Source of the DNA: Porphyridium purpureum
Taxonomy: Eukaryota
Reading direction: 5' to 3'
Length of the DNA: 64,000 nt
NCBI GenBank assembly: GCA_008690995.1
Contig: VRMN01000002.1
Coordinates: 1,984,001-2,048,000, forward strand
Below the pieces are notes generated by a model. It saw only the letters and a list, made by a program, of their open reading frames with translations. It had not been told where the DNA came from and searched no databases. Positions within the stretch are counted from its first letter, which is position 1, and every line of letters starts with the position of its first letter. A program made the translations under genes and the position numbers. Below, in pieces: positions 32,401 through 43,019 of this stretch.

Positions 32401-34023
32401 ATGGACTTGGCAGGGTGCGGACAGATGTGGCTGGAGCTGCCGGACGAGCAACTGCGCCAGATTCTAGACAACGTGTTGTCGTCACATGTGGTGCGTGCCG
32501 GGACCCGCTCAGCGCGTGTGCGCTACGGTTCACGCCACACGCGCGCCTATTTGATGGCGATCAAGCAGCTGCGGCTGGTCTGCTCCCGATGGAACGCGCT
32601 GCTGCTCAGCCAAGAGTTCGGTCTAGTCCCGCATGGTTTTGTCGAGACGAAGAAAAAGCTGTGGTGTCTGAGGCACGTACGCCCGCGCGTGCAGGTTGTG
32701 GAGGCCTGTACGGTGCCTACGTGGGTAACGCTTCGAATGCTGCAGTTGCATGCACGCCGGCTTTGGAGTGATCGTTGGCGAAGCGGCCTGAGATACGAAC
32801 AATCTACACCTTTTTCTCCTCCATTAGAGGCCATGATGTGTTTCACGACATTGGCCGGAGACCAACTGTCGATTGCAAGCGAGAGCATCTCACGCGTGAC
32901 CTGCAGCGAGAACTTTGCACTGATCGTTCGAGAAGAAATGGAAATTTCCATTTATGAGCGAGCTAGCCAGCGTCTCATTTTAAATTGCGCATTCGCGCTG
33001 CATGAAATCGCCGCAGTGGGCGGCGTTGTGGACGATGTGTGTTGCGTGCATGGCGACTGTTTTGCGCTGGTGCTGCGCGATCAACACATTCTGGTTCTTC
33101 ATCCGTCCAGTCGCTCGTCACAGCGTTTCCCCTTTGCTTGGCAGAACAGAATACCGTCAATCGCATTCAGCCGACGAGGTGATCTCATGGTCATCTACAA
33201 CAGTGCAGATCATTCTCGGAATATCACGTGGCACGTGTTTCGCGTCGTTCGGGACAAAGGACAGCTACTCATCGAGCTCGCAGATAGTGGATTTTCGCGA
33301 GCTCGGGCAAACAGTGAGAATTTCAGGTCAGAGATCAGCTGCTTTGGCTTTGACGAGGATGAAGAGTCAAGCTTATTTTTGGTTGCCTTCAGCTTTGACA
33401 ATGACCGTGGCATTCTTGCCCTCACTCGGTCGTCGGCTAACCGCTTATCATTCGCCGAGATAGACGTGGACCCGCCGATGTTGTCGAAGTCTTGGGCCTG
33501 GTATATGACACCTTCTTATCGCCGCTCACATCTGCTGGCTGGTTGTGCGAATCTGCAAGAGCTACAAGCCGTCCCCGAGTTCCTTGGAGTCATGAAAAAC
33601 CGCTTCTCTTGCGATGCGGCCTTCCGGTCGCTCAAATTTATAGCTCTGGATCATGCGACCGTTCTTGGCGTCGGCTTGGCTTTCAATCAGCCTTCCTGGG
33701 TAGTCCGCACGTTGTGCCCTGGTGACGATTTGGCACTGAAAAGCGAGCTTTTCTACGTTTCTAATGAAATAGCATACATTCCGTCGAGTTCCAAAGAGGC
33801 AGAAGCAGGGCTGGAGATCGCGCATTTCGACTTCTGTGACGGTGATGTCTGGCTTGTTTTGGCTGGTGGGACATACATTCGGCTTTCATTTGAGTACCGC
33901 CACGAGGTTGCCGCGTGGTGTGAAAACTATCGCGTGTTCCGGCGCTTGTTCGAGCACAGTTCAGGAGAGCAGCTCGGTTGCTTGAGCTTAGAGCCAATAG
34001 CCAGCCGCGCACACGAAAGCTGA
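32401..34023 (+). CDS. F-box-like protein with beta-rich C-terminal region
   Basis: WLELPDEQLRQILDNV...IKQLRLVCSRWNAL fits the F-box pattern with an insertion. First ATG at 32401. Confidence 0.7.
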   Translation: MDLAGCGQMWLELPDEQLRQILDNVLSSHVVRAGTRSARVRYGSRHTRAYLMAIKQLRLVCSRWNALLLSQEFGLVPHGFVETKKKLWCLRHVRPRVQVVEACTVPTWVTLRMLQLHARRLWSDRWRSGLRYEQSTPFSPPLEAMMCFTTLAGDQLSIASESISRVTCSENFALIVREEMEISIYERASQRLILNCAFALHEIAAVGGVVDDVCCVHGDCFALVLRDQHILVLHPSSRSSQRFPFAWQNRIPSIAFSRRGDLMVIYNSADHSRNITWHVFRVVRDKGQLLIELADSGFSRARANSENFRSEISCFGFDEDEESSLFLVAFSFDNDRGILALTRSSANRLSFAEIDVDPPMLSKSWAWYMTPSYRRSHLLAGCANLQELQAVPEFLGVMKNRFSCDAAFRSLKFIALDHATVLGVGLAFNQPSWVVRTLCPGDDLALKSELFYVSNEIAYIPSSSKEAEAGLEIAHFDFCDGDVWLVLAGGTYIRLSFEYRHEVAAWCENYRVFRRLFEHSSGEQLGCLSLEPIASRAHES

Positions 34024-34218
34024 GAAGACCCATATTTAAAGAAAGAACTCATTTGTCATGCAAGAGGAATGCGCAATTCATCAACTGCCCACAAGCTTGT
34101 TGCCTTTAGTCCGCAACCATGACTTTATCAAGCCGTGGTCCCCCTTGAGCACTGCTGCCCGCCCTTCATTGCAACCCAGCGATTCGTAGAAACGTTCGCA
34201 CATGGACCAGATGGAGTC

Positions 34219-35587
34219 CTATAGTCCACTTGTGAGCGAGAAACCGCTGCTCATTCGACGAATCACAACACGCGCAAGAAAGTCAAAGCAAAACCACTCG
34301 GTTCCGTCGTCAAAAAGAGACTCGATCTGCAAACATCCAAACTCCTGCATAAACAAAAGTTCCTCAGACATAGGTTCGCCACCGAGAGCAAAGTCTGATG
34401 AGATCATATTGAGTGCTTTCTTTGCCGCGGCTTGGCGAAGCGGCTTGAATTTGTAGCGGGGAATGCTAAGCACTTTTACGTGGTCGGCTCGCAGACCCAG
34501 GAACCGCACTGCGACCGGTGCCTTTCCAAACTCGGGGCTAATATAACCTCCGCACTCGTAATGGGAAGCAATGAGAAGGCCGTCAGGGTTAAAGTCGCAC
34601 AACCCGTAAGCCATTAAGCTGGAAAATGGAAAACGACGGATACATTGCCTGGTGAGCACTTTTGTTCGGTGAAAAAGACACACAGATCGCGCCAACGAGC
34701 GTCTAACAAGACCTCCACTCAAAAAACGCACCCAGTAGCCTTCTGTACGTGACTGACGAAAACCCTTGTCGCATGCGACGGGTACCCACGCCCGCACACA
34801 AGGACGCAAGGGCAGGCATCAAAAAATCCACTCTCAACGAGCGCCATAAAGACACCGTGCTTTTCAATCAGAAGAATAAACTGCGCAGCCTCAGAGACCA
34901 CGAATCGCATTTGGCTTATCGAGTTCAACTTGCCCGGGATCTTATGCCCTTCAGCGTTCGCAGCGCTCCCCTGCAGCAGCTGCCCGGAGACACCCGCAAC
35001 AGCCGTTCCAAATCGAACATCTATAAGCCCCGCGAAAACTCCATCCGATGCCGGTACAATGTTCATGGTTGTACGATCTACTTGCAAACGCCTTGCTAGC
35101 GACATGACGACACGATCACAAGCAACCTGGTTGGGGAAAAGGTCCTCGAGCTCATAGAATACTGATCGAAGTGCTATGCTTTCTCCGCTTAGCACGTGGC
35201 GGTGCACAAGTGTCACAATCGCAAGAAAGCGGACGTACTGAAGCGGCTGCGTCACGTATCTTAAGCGCCTTCCTTCCCGAACGATGGAGAGGTCTACGGA
35301 CCCGCACGTAAACAATGTCTCTAAACAAATTGTCGCGTAAACGAAACGCTTCCAACCCGCGAGTGGAATGAATTTGGCCTGGTCAGTGCATTCTGCGCGT
35401 CACTCTCCAAAGCACGCGGCCACGAATATGCATGACATGCACAAACCCGCTCCGTCGGTCACGTACCAAACGCGTCCAACACAATGGCCTCGAGCTCGCG
35501 CACAATCCTGATCCTCTGGCTTTGTGGTTCCAGCGCTAGAGCCAGCGCGATCGACGCCGGGTCCTCTCTGCTTCGCACAATCTCCAT
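34219..35587 (-). CDS. SPO11: SPO11 / Topo VI-A family protein (SPO11-2-like), 3 exons (35587-35467, 35320-34732, 34618-34219), 369 aa
   Basis: RSVFY catalytic-Tyr motif, FPNQ, ILLIEK, GRGYPSHATR, LCDFNPDGLLI and QIESL. Introns GTACGT..TAG (146 nt) and GTGCGT..CAG (113 nt) join the fragments in frame (1110 nt). Confidence 0.9.
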
Positions 35588-35696
35588 CCCACTCACACGT
35601 GACCTTGTCCCCACAGGCCACCAAGGATATGAACGCGAGAAACAATTTAGCAGCTCCGTGGTGGACGACGAAGGCAGAGGATCAGAGCGACTGGGT

Positions 35697-35709
35697 TGTG
35701 TGTGCGCGC

Positions 35710-35742
<33 letters not shown>
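35697..35742. repeat. (TG)n(CG)n(TG)n alternating purine-pyrimidine microsatellite
   Basis: 46-nt perfectly alternating tract between the divergent SPO11 and NEMF starts. Confidence 0.95.
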
Positions 35743-35743
<1 letters not shown>

Positions 35744-35755
35744 TGATTCGGCAAA

Positions 35756-38700
35756 ATGGGGAAGACACGCATGAGCGCGCTTGACATGCAGGTGCAAGCG
35801 CACGTGCTGAATGAGCGTTTGAAAGGCGCGCTGGTCGCGAACGTGTATGATGTCAACACAAGGACGTACTTGCTGAAACTGGCCGTGCCGCCGCGGTACG
35901 TGAAGGAGAGTGATGTACCGCAGGACGAGTCCGCGCCGAGCACTGGGGAGAAGGAGAAAAAAGAGGTCGACGCTGAAGGATGGAACAAGGTACTGTTGCT
36001 GATCGAAAGCGGAGCGCGCATCCATACGACGCAATTTAGCCGGGACAAGTCGGTAGTGCCATCGGGCTTTGCACTCAAATTGCGCAAGCATATTCGGACA
36101 AGACGACTACACGAAATCAGACAGCTCGGTTCTGATCGTGTTCTAGATCTGACATTCGTCGCCTCTGGCTCAGTGGTCGCGCACTTGATCCTTGAGTTTT
36201 ATGCGGGCGGCAACGTCATTCTTACGGATGAGAATTATAAGATCTTGTCGCTTCTGAGGAACTACGAAAGTGAGGCGGCCGGTAAAGTAGCGGTCAAGGA
36301 AGCGTATCCCGTGCAAGCCGCGAGACAAGAAGTGCGGACTGAGATGACCGCTTCGTATGCGAAACAGGTCGCGGATGCGGCCCCAGACGCCAAGATTCAG
36401 GCGCGGAAGTACCTGGCGACGGCGCTAGAGCTTGGACCTGAACTGGTGGACCACGCGCTGTGTGAATCTGATTTGCCCCTGACGATTAAGATGCACGAAC
36501 TGCAGCAGAAAGACGCAGCAGACGCGACGTTTGAGGCTCTTGCGAAGTCTTTCTCCAAGCTGCAGAGGCTTCTGCGCGGAGAACCCGTGCCAGACATGCC
36601 CGTCGAGGGCCATATTTTCTTGTCGCAGAAGAATGGCGATGTGTACGAGAACTTTGGCCCCTTCAAGTTGAAGCAGTTCCAAAATAACGCGTGCACAACA
36701 TTTTCAACGTTCGACGCCGCTCTGGATGAGTACTTCGCCAAGCTTGAGTCGATGAAGGATGTTGAGGTGCGTCAGAAAAAGGAGGCCGCCGTGATTAAAA
36801 AAGTGGACAAGCTTCGCGCCGAGCTGGATGCTCGGCTGAGCGATCTGAACGAGCAGCAAAGCGTAAACGAGGCCAAAGCGCATCTTATTGAACTGAACGC
36901 CGAGGACATTGACGCAGTACTTTTGCTGCTGCGACAAGGGCTCGCCAGTGGCATGGATTGGGATGATCTCCGCACAAACGTGAAGCAGTTGCAGAAGGCC
37001 GGCCATCCGCTCTTGCAAATCGTCCACGAACTGAAATTTGAGCGCAACTCGGTGGTACTCATGCTTTCTGAGCCGGACGGGCTGTATGATGCTGACGTCG
37101 ATGTCGATGACGGCGGAGGAAACGATGATGACCCTGGCGACGGTAGCAATGCGGAGGTAAATGGCGCTGCGACACGCTCGGCCGAGCTGGTTGAAATTTC
37201 GCTGGATCAAGGCGCGTACGCAAACGCAGCCCACTATCACGCGGGGCGCAAGTCGGCGGCGAGCAAAGAGCAGACCGCCATAAAGGCGAGCGGAAAAGCT
37301 CTCAAGGCTGCCGAGCAAAAAGCGCGTGAGGAGGTGCGACGCGTAAATGCTAATTCAAAGGGCGGGGTGCGGGAAATACGCAAGACCTACTGGTTTGAAA
37401 AATTTAGTTGGTTCATATCGAGTGAGAATTTTCTGGTGATAGCTGGACGTGACGCTCAGCAGAACGAGATTCTGGTACGCCGCTACTTAGAACAGGACGA
37501 CGTATACGTTCACGCGGACATATTTGGCGCTGCCTCGGTCCTGGTTAAGAACCGCAAGATTGCTGGAAGCTTCGAACCCATTCCTCCCCTTACACTATCG
37601 CAAGCTGGCACGTTTGCAATGTGCCGTTCGTCCGCGTGGAGTGCCAAAGTGGTCACTTCCGCGTGGTGGGTGTATGCGAACCAGGTTAGCAAAACTGCTC
37701 CGAGCGGCGAATACTTGACAACAGGCAGTTTCATGATCCGCGGCCGGAAGAATTTTTTGCCACCCATGCAGCTGGTCATGGGTTTCGGTGTACTGTTTCG
37801 GGTGGATCCTTCTTGTGCTGCGAATCATTTAAATGAGCGGACAATCAGATATGAAGATTCATCTGCCAGAGGCGATGGTGCTGCAATGGCAAAAGCCCTT
37901 TTGTCGGCGACGCAAGTGTCGGAAGATTTCGATGTCGATGATGATGACGACGTCATGCTTTCAGCTGGTTTGAAGGAACGCACGAATAAAATCGGTGCGG
38001 CAAAGGCAGATGCGGACGTCAGCTTTGTCGACACGGTTAGTGGTCAGCCCGAAAGAACGGAACAAGTTTCCGCAGTAGCGAAGAAACACATTTCCGTGAA
38101 AGAAAGGAAGGATGCGAAAAAGATGAACAAGGGTGATTCAAGTCATACTCCTGCTCCGGGTGTGGAGGGGACAACAGGCGCAGAAGAGGAGGAAATGGCA
38201 TCCGGGGATGGTTCTCGAGCCACCCCTGCGGCCGCCAGCGGCGGCGACGGCACATCCTCGCCGCCTTCTCTGAAGCAGCAGAACATTCCGCGCGGCAAGA
38301 GGTCCAAAGTGAAGAAGATGAAGAAAAAGTATGCAGAACAGACAGAGGAAGAACGCGAGTTGGCCTTGCAAATGCTGGGAGCCATGAAATTGAAGGAGGA
38401 GCGCGCCGCGGACGAACAGAAAGAGAAAAAACAGACTGTCGCCGCTGGTGAATCGCGCGCGACGGCTGGTGACATGAGCAGCCAGGCAGACGTCAGTACC
38501 GAAAAGGGCAGCAACGGCCAACGCGGCGTCGACGTCAAAATGACGTTTAAAGAGCGGAAGGCCGAGGCTCGTCAGGTAAAGCAGCTCATGCAGGATGAGG
38601 GGATTTATGAGCTATCCCCGGCTGAGCTAGATGCGCTGTCATCGCTGGATCTGTTCACCAGCGTGCCCGTTCAGGATGACATCATTGAGTTTGCTCTGCC

Positions 38701-38992
38701 TGTGTGCGCGCCGTACAGCGCTCTGTCCTCGTATCGCTACAAAGTTAAGCTGCTTCCGGGCACGCTGAAGCGCGGCAAAGCATACAAGCAGGCTCATTCT
38801 GTATTCCTACACGCAGCGGAGAAGGCCTTGACAAGTGCCCCGCCATCATGCTCAGTGGCTGAACGTGACGCGTTACGCGGGATTTCGGAAAATGACGCAA
38901 TCATGACGATCATGAGCGATGTGCGCGTGCAAGCGCCGGGCCTGCAGAATGTACAACAGAAAGCAGGGAAGAAAAAAAAGACCCAAAAGTAA
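35756..38992 (+). CDS. NEMF: Ribosome quality control subunit NEMF/Rqc2
   Basis: LLIESGARIHTT, LKLRKHIRTRRL, WFEKFSWFISSENFLVIAGRDAQQNE, SKTAPSGEYLTTGSFMIRGRKNFLPP and PVCAPY..YKVKLLPG. Confidence 0.97.
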   Translation: MGKTRMSALDMQVQAHVLNERLKGALVANVYDVNTRTYLLKLAVPPRYVKESDVPQDESAPSTGEKEKKEVDAEGWNKVLLLIESGARIHTTQFSRDKSVVPSGFALKLRKHIRTRRLHEIRQLGSDRVLDLTFVASGSVVAHLILEFYAGGNVILTDENYKILSLLRNYESEAAGKVAVKEAYPVQAARQEVRTEMTASYAKQVADAAPDAKIQARKYLATALELGPELVDHALCESDLPLTIKMHELQQKDAADATFEALAKSFSKLQRLLRGEPVPDMPVEGHIFLSQKNGDVYENFGPFKLKQFQNNACTTFSTFDAALDEYFAKLESMKDVEVRQKKEAAVIKKVDKLRAELDARLSDLNEQQSVNEAKAHLIELNAEDIDAVLLLLRQGLASGMDWDDLRTNVKQLQKAGHPLLQIVHELKFERNSVVLMLSEPDGLYDADVDVDDGGGNDDDPGDGSNAEVNGAATRSAELVEISLDQGAYANAAHYHAGRKSAASKEQTAIKASGKALKAAEQKAREEVRRVNANSKGGVREIRKTYWFEKFSWFISSENFLVIAGRDAQQNEILVRRYLEQDDVYVHADIFGAASVLVKNRKIAGSFEPIPPLTLSQAGTFAMCRSSAWSAKVVTSAWWVYANQVSKTAPSGEYLTTGSFMIRGRKNFLPPMQLVMGFGVLFRVDPSCAANHLNERTIRYEDSSARGDGAAMAKALLSATQVSEDFDVDDDDDVMLSAGLKERTNKIGAAKADADVSFVDTVSGQPERTEQVSAVAKKHISVKERKDAKKMNKGDSSHTPAPGVEGTTGAEEEEMASGDGSRATPAAASGGDGTSSPPSLKQQNIPRGKRSKVKKMKKKYAEQTEEERELALQMLGAMKLKEERAADEQKEKKQTVAAGESRATAGDMSSQADVSTEKGSNGQRGVDVKMTFKERKAEARQVKQLMQDEGIYELSPAELDALSSLDLFTSVPVQDDIIEFALPVCAPYSALSSYRYKVKLLPGTLKRGKAYKQAHSVFLHAAEKALTSAPPSCSVAERDALRGISENDAIMTIMSDVRVQAPGLQNVQQKAGKKKKTQK

Positions 38993-39077
38993 AGCGATGC
39001 CCCCAAACCATTTCGGTCTCACCATCGACAATTCTTTTTTGGTTTTTTGGAGGAGGCAGAATCCAGAGTTGCGTTGA

Positions 39078-40373
39078 ATGGGTCGACGTGTCGTGGTGAC
39101 GGGTATCGGGCTAGTCACCCCGCTTGGGAATGACTTGTCCACTGTATGGCGCTCCTTAGCCGAGCTACGGCACGGCGTGCGTCCAATCGATTCGTTCGAA
39201 TGCTCGCACTTGCCCGTGCGCATTGCGGCGCACGTGAAGGAGCGCGCGGACTGCTCCGCGTTCAAGAGCATACAGCGGGACACGCCTGACTTCATCCGCT
39301 TCGCACTTTGCGCGGCGCGCGACGCCGTCGCCGACGCACAATGCCTGGACGAGATGCGGCGTGAGCCTACCCGCGCGGGTGTCGCAGTCGGCGTCGGCAT
39401 GTCGTCGATTCCGGAAATTCTCGACGCAAGCAGGCTGATCGAGTCGGCACCTAGGGGTTACAGAAAGGTGACGCCGTACTTTGTGCCTCGCGTTCTGCCG
39501 AATCTAGCTGCCGGGCATGTCGCAATCGAGTTCGGCTTGCAGGGTCCGAATCACGCAGCTTCCACAGCATGCGCGGCAGGCGCCCACGCAATTGGGGATT
39601 CGTTTCGGATGGTCAAGTATGGCGACGCCGACATCATGCTGGCCGGTGGCTCAGAAGCCGCCATTAACGCCGTGTCAATCGCCGGGTTTACAAAGATCCG
39701 TGCGCTGGCGTCCAGCTTCAACGACGCGGCCATGTGCGGGCTAGCGTCGCGACCCTTTGATGTTAAACGTGAAGGGTTTGTGATGGGTGAAGGCGCAGGC
39801 ATCCTCGTGCTAGAGGAGCTCGACAGCGCAAAAGCTCGCGGTGCGCGCATCTACTGCGAGCTCGTAGGGTATGGAATGAGTGGGGACGCGTACCACATTA
39901 CGGCACCAAGCCCACAAGGCGTAGGGGCACGACAAGCCATGCTCGCTGCCATGCGCGAAGGCGGCGTGTCTTGCGGCGACGTCGGGTATGTAAATGCGCA
40001 TGCCACATCCACACCACTGGGCGACGAAATCGAAGGTTCTGCGATTGCGCATGTATTCTACGGTAGCGACGAGAAGAAGCAAGCGCGTGAACAGTCTGGG
40101 TCGCCGCTCTATGTATCGTCGACGAAGGGGGCAGTAGGCCATCTACTTGGTGCCGCTGGTGCAGTGGAGGCTGCCTTCACGTGCATGGCACTCCACACGA
40201 AGCAGGTTCCTCCGACGCTCAATTTTGAAGAGTCCGACGTGGTGTACCCATTCGAAATCGTGGCCGGCGCCGCGCGAACTGTAGCGCTGCGTGTCGCGCT
40301 AAGCAACTCATTTGGGTTTGGAGGCACGAACGCAAGCTTGTGTATGAAGCACTACGAGAGTGGCACCGCTTGA
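39078..40373 (+). CDS. 3-oxoacyl-ACP synthase II (mitochondrial KAS, OXSM/CEM1-like)
   Basis: RRVVVTGIG, catalytic TAC, NAHATST, KGAVGHLLGAAG and SNSFGFGGTNAS. Confidence 0.95.
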   Translation: MGRRVVVTGIGLVTPLGNDLSTVWRSLAELRHGVRPIDSFECSHLPVRIAAHVKERADCSAFKSIQRDTPDFIRFALCAARDAVADAQCLDEMRREPTRAGVAVGVGMSSIPEILDASRLIESAPRGYRKVTPYFVPRVLPNLAAGHVAIEFGLQGPNHAASTACAAGAHAIGDSFRMVKYGDADIMLAGGSEAAINAVSIAGFTKIRALASSFNDAAMCGLASRPFDVKREGFVMGEGAGILVLEELDSAKARGARIYCELVGYGMSGDAYHITAPSPQGVGARQAMLAAMREGGVSCGDVGYVNAHATSTPLGDEIEGSAIAHVFYGSDEKKQAREQSGSPLYVSSTKGAVGHLLGAAGAVEAAFTCMALHTKQVPPTLNFEESDVVYPFEIVAGAARTVALRVALSNSFGFGGTNASLCMKHYESGTA

Positions 40374-40527
40374 CTAGGCAGCACGTATGATGATGTAAAT
40401 GTTTATAAGACATGAACCGCATTAATCAGCAAGTAGGCACACAGCAGCTCGACAGCATGATAGGTCGCTGCACCTTGCGCGAAAAGGGCACTAAAAGCTT
40501 TTATCGAGCAGCACCCGTGCATTGTTG

Positions 40528-41259
40528 CTACAGCCGCTCGATGCACGCTTCAAGCTCCTCACTGCTGTAGACTCGAAACTCGCCTGTTTCAACCAGCGCG
40601 GCACCGATTTCGACGTTTGTCTTGTTCAGCTTTTCCTCCATCACTTGTTTGAGCGTGCGCAACGCAAGGACCTCGGCCTCCTGGAGCGTGAGAGTTTTGC
40701 TGAACGCTTCTTGCAGCGCAGTTTGGGCGCCTTCCGAGCCTGCGCCGATGGCCTTCGCGTCCCACTTGACATAGGTGCCGGATGGATCTGTGTGGATGAG
40801 CGACGGCTTGCCACCCACGTCGATTCCCGCGATGAGCAAGGCGACGCCAAACGGGCGCGACATGGCGTCCTCCTCTTTGCCGTCCTCACCAAACTGTAGC
40901 GCGAGATCGCAAATGGCTTGAGCACAGCTGTCGATCTGCATGGGCTCGTCGTACGTGAACCGATGGCTCTGTGTCTCGACGCGCGCGTGGTCGATGAGCG
41001 TGCGCGCATCCGCGGTGAGGCCGCTCATGGCGCATCCGATCTGCGAGTCGATGACGACCAGCTTCTCGACGGAGCGCGGCTCCAGCAGCGGCGACGTGAG
41101 TCTCTTCTCCACGGCCAGCACGACGCCCTGCTCGGTCTTGATCCCAATTGCCGTGGAGCCCAACTTGATCGCCTCAATCGCGTACTCCACCTGGAACAAC
41201 CGCCCTTCCGGCGAGAACGTGTTCACCCCGCGATCATACTCCGAGCGCGTCAGAAACAT
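40528..41259 (-). CDS. PSMA5: 20S proteasome subunit alpha-5
   Basis: [35 protein letters not shown] from ATG 41259; [10 protein letters not shown]. Confidence 0.98.
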   Translation of the reverse strand: MFLTRSEYDRGVNTFSPEGRLFQVEYAIEAIKLGSTAIGIKTEQGVVLAVEKRLTSPLLEPRSVEKLVVIDSQIGCAMSGLTADARTLIDHARVETQSHRFTYDEPMQIDSCAQAICDLALQFGEDGKEEDAMSRPFGVALLIAGIDVGGKPSLIHTDPSGTYVKWDAKAIGAGSEGAQTALQEAFSKTLTLQEAEVLALRTLKQVMEEKLNKTNVEIGAALVETGEFRVYSSEELEACIERL

Positions 41260-41845
41260 TCTTCCCTCCCGCACCAGCACATCCACAACCGCACCCTCTA
41301 CCCACCCCAATCACCACCCTTCTTCCTGCTTCCTCTTCCCCTCTTCCCCCGCCTCTTCCCCCCTCCCCTCTTATCAATCACTCCTCCATTATTACTGAGC
41401 GCTGCTTATGAAAAACCGCACACACGCGTGCCAGCAAGCTGCGCACAAAGGTAATGTACAGCGCGGGGTACAGTATGTCTTATCTTCCGCTGTTAGGGTT
41501 GCTGTTATCGTTCGCGAATCTCGCGCCGCGCCGTTTGTCGACAGCCGCCAGCCGGAAGAAGCACGAATGGCACAACCACGCTGAAGACATGCAGCTCTTC
41601 CAAGGGGCACTCGTCACCGACCGACAACGGCCAGAACGGTCTTGCCCTGCGTTGAGCTTCATGTGCGGCTGGTGTGTCACGCTCTTGCCGCGCGTGACTG
41701 GCACTCGCAGCTCCAACCAGTCGCGCTGACGAGACCACCGTTCTTATCGGTTTCCGGTTAGCCGATAAACCGATCTGCACCAGGTAGCTCGAAAACCGCA
41801 GGTGGGTACAGTGGAGGGAATCATAAATTGAAGCGGGCAGCGGCT

Positions 41846-42859
41846 TTACGGTGCAATGGTAGCGCTGGGCGCTGAGTCGGCTGCGAGAAGTGAGCTGTAG
41901 GCGTCGTGCAGCGCGGACGTGGTGGTTTCAATGTCGCCCAGGAAGATCGTGTCGCGCCGGTGGTCAAAGTCGCCGACCATCTCCCGGTTGATGAGCACGC
42001 GCTTAATATTCTTGTCGATCAGAGATACGATGCCGGCCACCGGCATGACCTTCAGCGAGGTTCCCATCACAAACACAAAGTCCGCACGCTCCACGTCGTT
42101 TGGCAGCAACTCGTAAAAGCGATCAGGGAGCGACTCGCCGAAAAAGGTGATGTCTGGCTTGATAAACGCAGAGCACACGCCACACTTAGGGATGCGGATA
42201 GGCTCCGAGCGCATGTGCTCGAGAACCATGTCCATCCCGCACGGCTCGCGGCACGCAATACACGAAGCGCTCGCATAGCTGCCGTGCGCCTCCACAATCT
42301 TGTCGTCTCGAATTCCAGCCTTTCTGTCCAGTCCGTCGATATTCTGGGTGTACAGCCGAAGGAGCAGGCCCTGACGGTCCAGCAACTGCAAGAAGCGATG
42401 CGCGCACGTCGGTTGCAGGTCGTCCCTGTACAAATCTCTGGATAGTACATAAAAGGGCTCCGGATTCGTCCGAAAGTACGAGATGTCGAACACGTCCGTC
42501 GGGCTTTCGAGCTTGAACCTGCCCAGGTTCGCATACAGGCCTGTTTTCGGGGACCGAAAGTCGGGCACTCCAGCGGCCGTGCTGACACCTGCGCCCGCAA
42601 TCACAAGGATGTTCTTGTACTTTCCTTCATACAACTCCTGAGCAAGCGCATCGATCGCGGCATCTTGTCGCGGCTTTTCCGCCTTCTCCGGTGGCGCCTG
42701 TGGCGAATGCTGGACGCGTGTCTCATTGAAACCCACCTTTTCTAGCTCCGCCGCCAATGCGACGGAGTCGTCCACGCCGTCGCCCCCTCTCGAGCCGTCC
42801 TCGTTCTCATCGTCGGCATCGCCCACTTTGTCTTTTGGCGAGTTCCCACGGTCACTCAT
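41846..42859 (-). CDS. Class I sirtuin (SIRT2/Hst2-like NAD-dependent deacetylase)
   Basis: GAGVSTAAGVPDFRSP, YTQNIDGL, EAHGS, two CxxC, KPDITFFGE and GTSLKV. Likely start ATG 42859. Confidence 0.95.
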   Translation of the reverse strand: MSDRGNSPKDKVGDADDENEDGSRGGDGVDDSVALAAELEKVGFNETRVQHSPQAPPEKAEKPRQDAAIDALAQELYEGKYKNILVIAGAGVSTAAGVPDFRSPKTGLYANLGRFKLESPTDVFDISYFRTNPEPFYVLSRDLYRDDLQPTCAHRFLQLLDRQGLLLRLYTQNIDGLDRKAGIRDDKIVEAHGSYASASCIACREPCGMDMVLEHMRSEPIRIPKCGVCSAFIKPDITFFGESLPDRFYELLPNDVERADFVFVMGTSLKVMPVAGIVSLIDKNIKRVLINREMVGDFDHRRDTIFLGDIETTTSALHDAYSSLLAADSAPSATIAP

Positions 42860-43019
42860 GGTGCCCGACGCAGTGCCTGATTTCGCATGCGAGACTCGTG
42901 CCCAACGTTGCCGAGCTGCACAAGTGCCCTTTGGTGGTGGAATGGATGAATTGCGCTTGGACTCGTGTGTGTGTGTCTGTAAGTGTGTGTTTTTTATTCG
43001 TCTACTTGATTGTTTGGCG

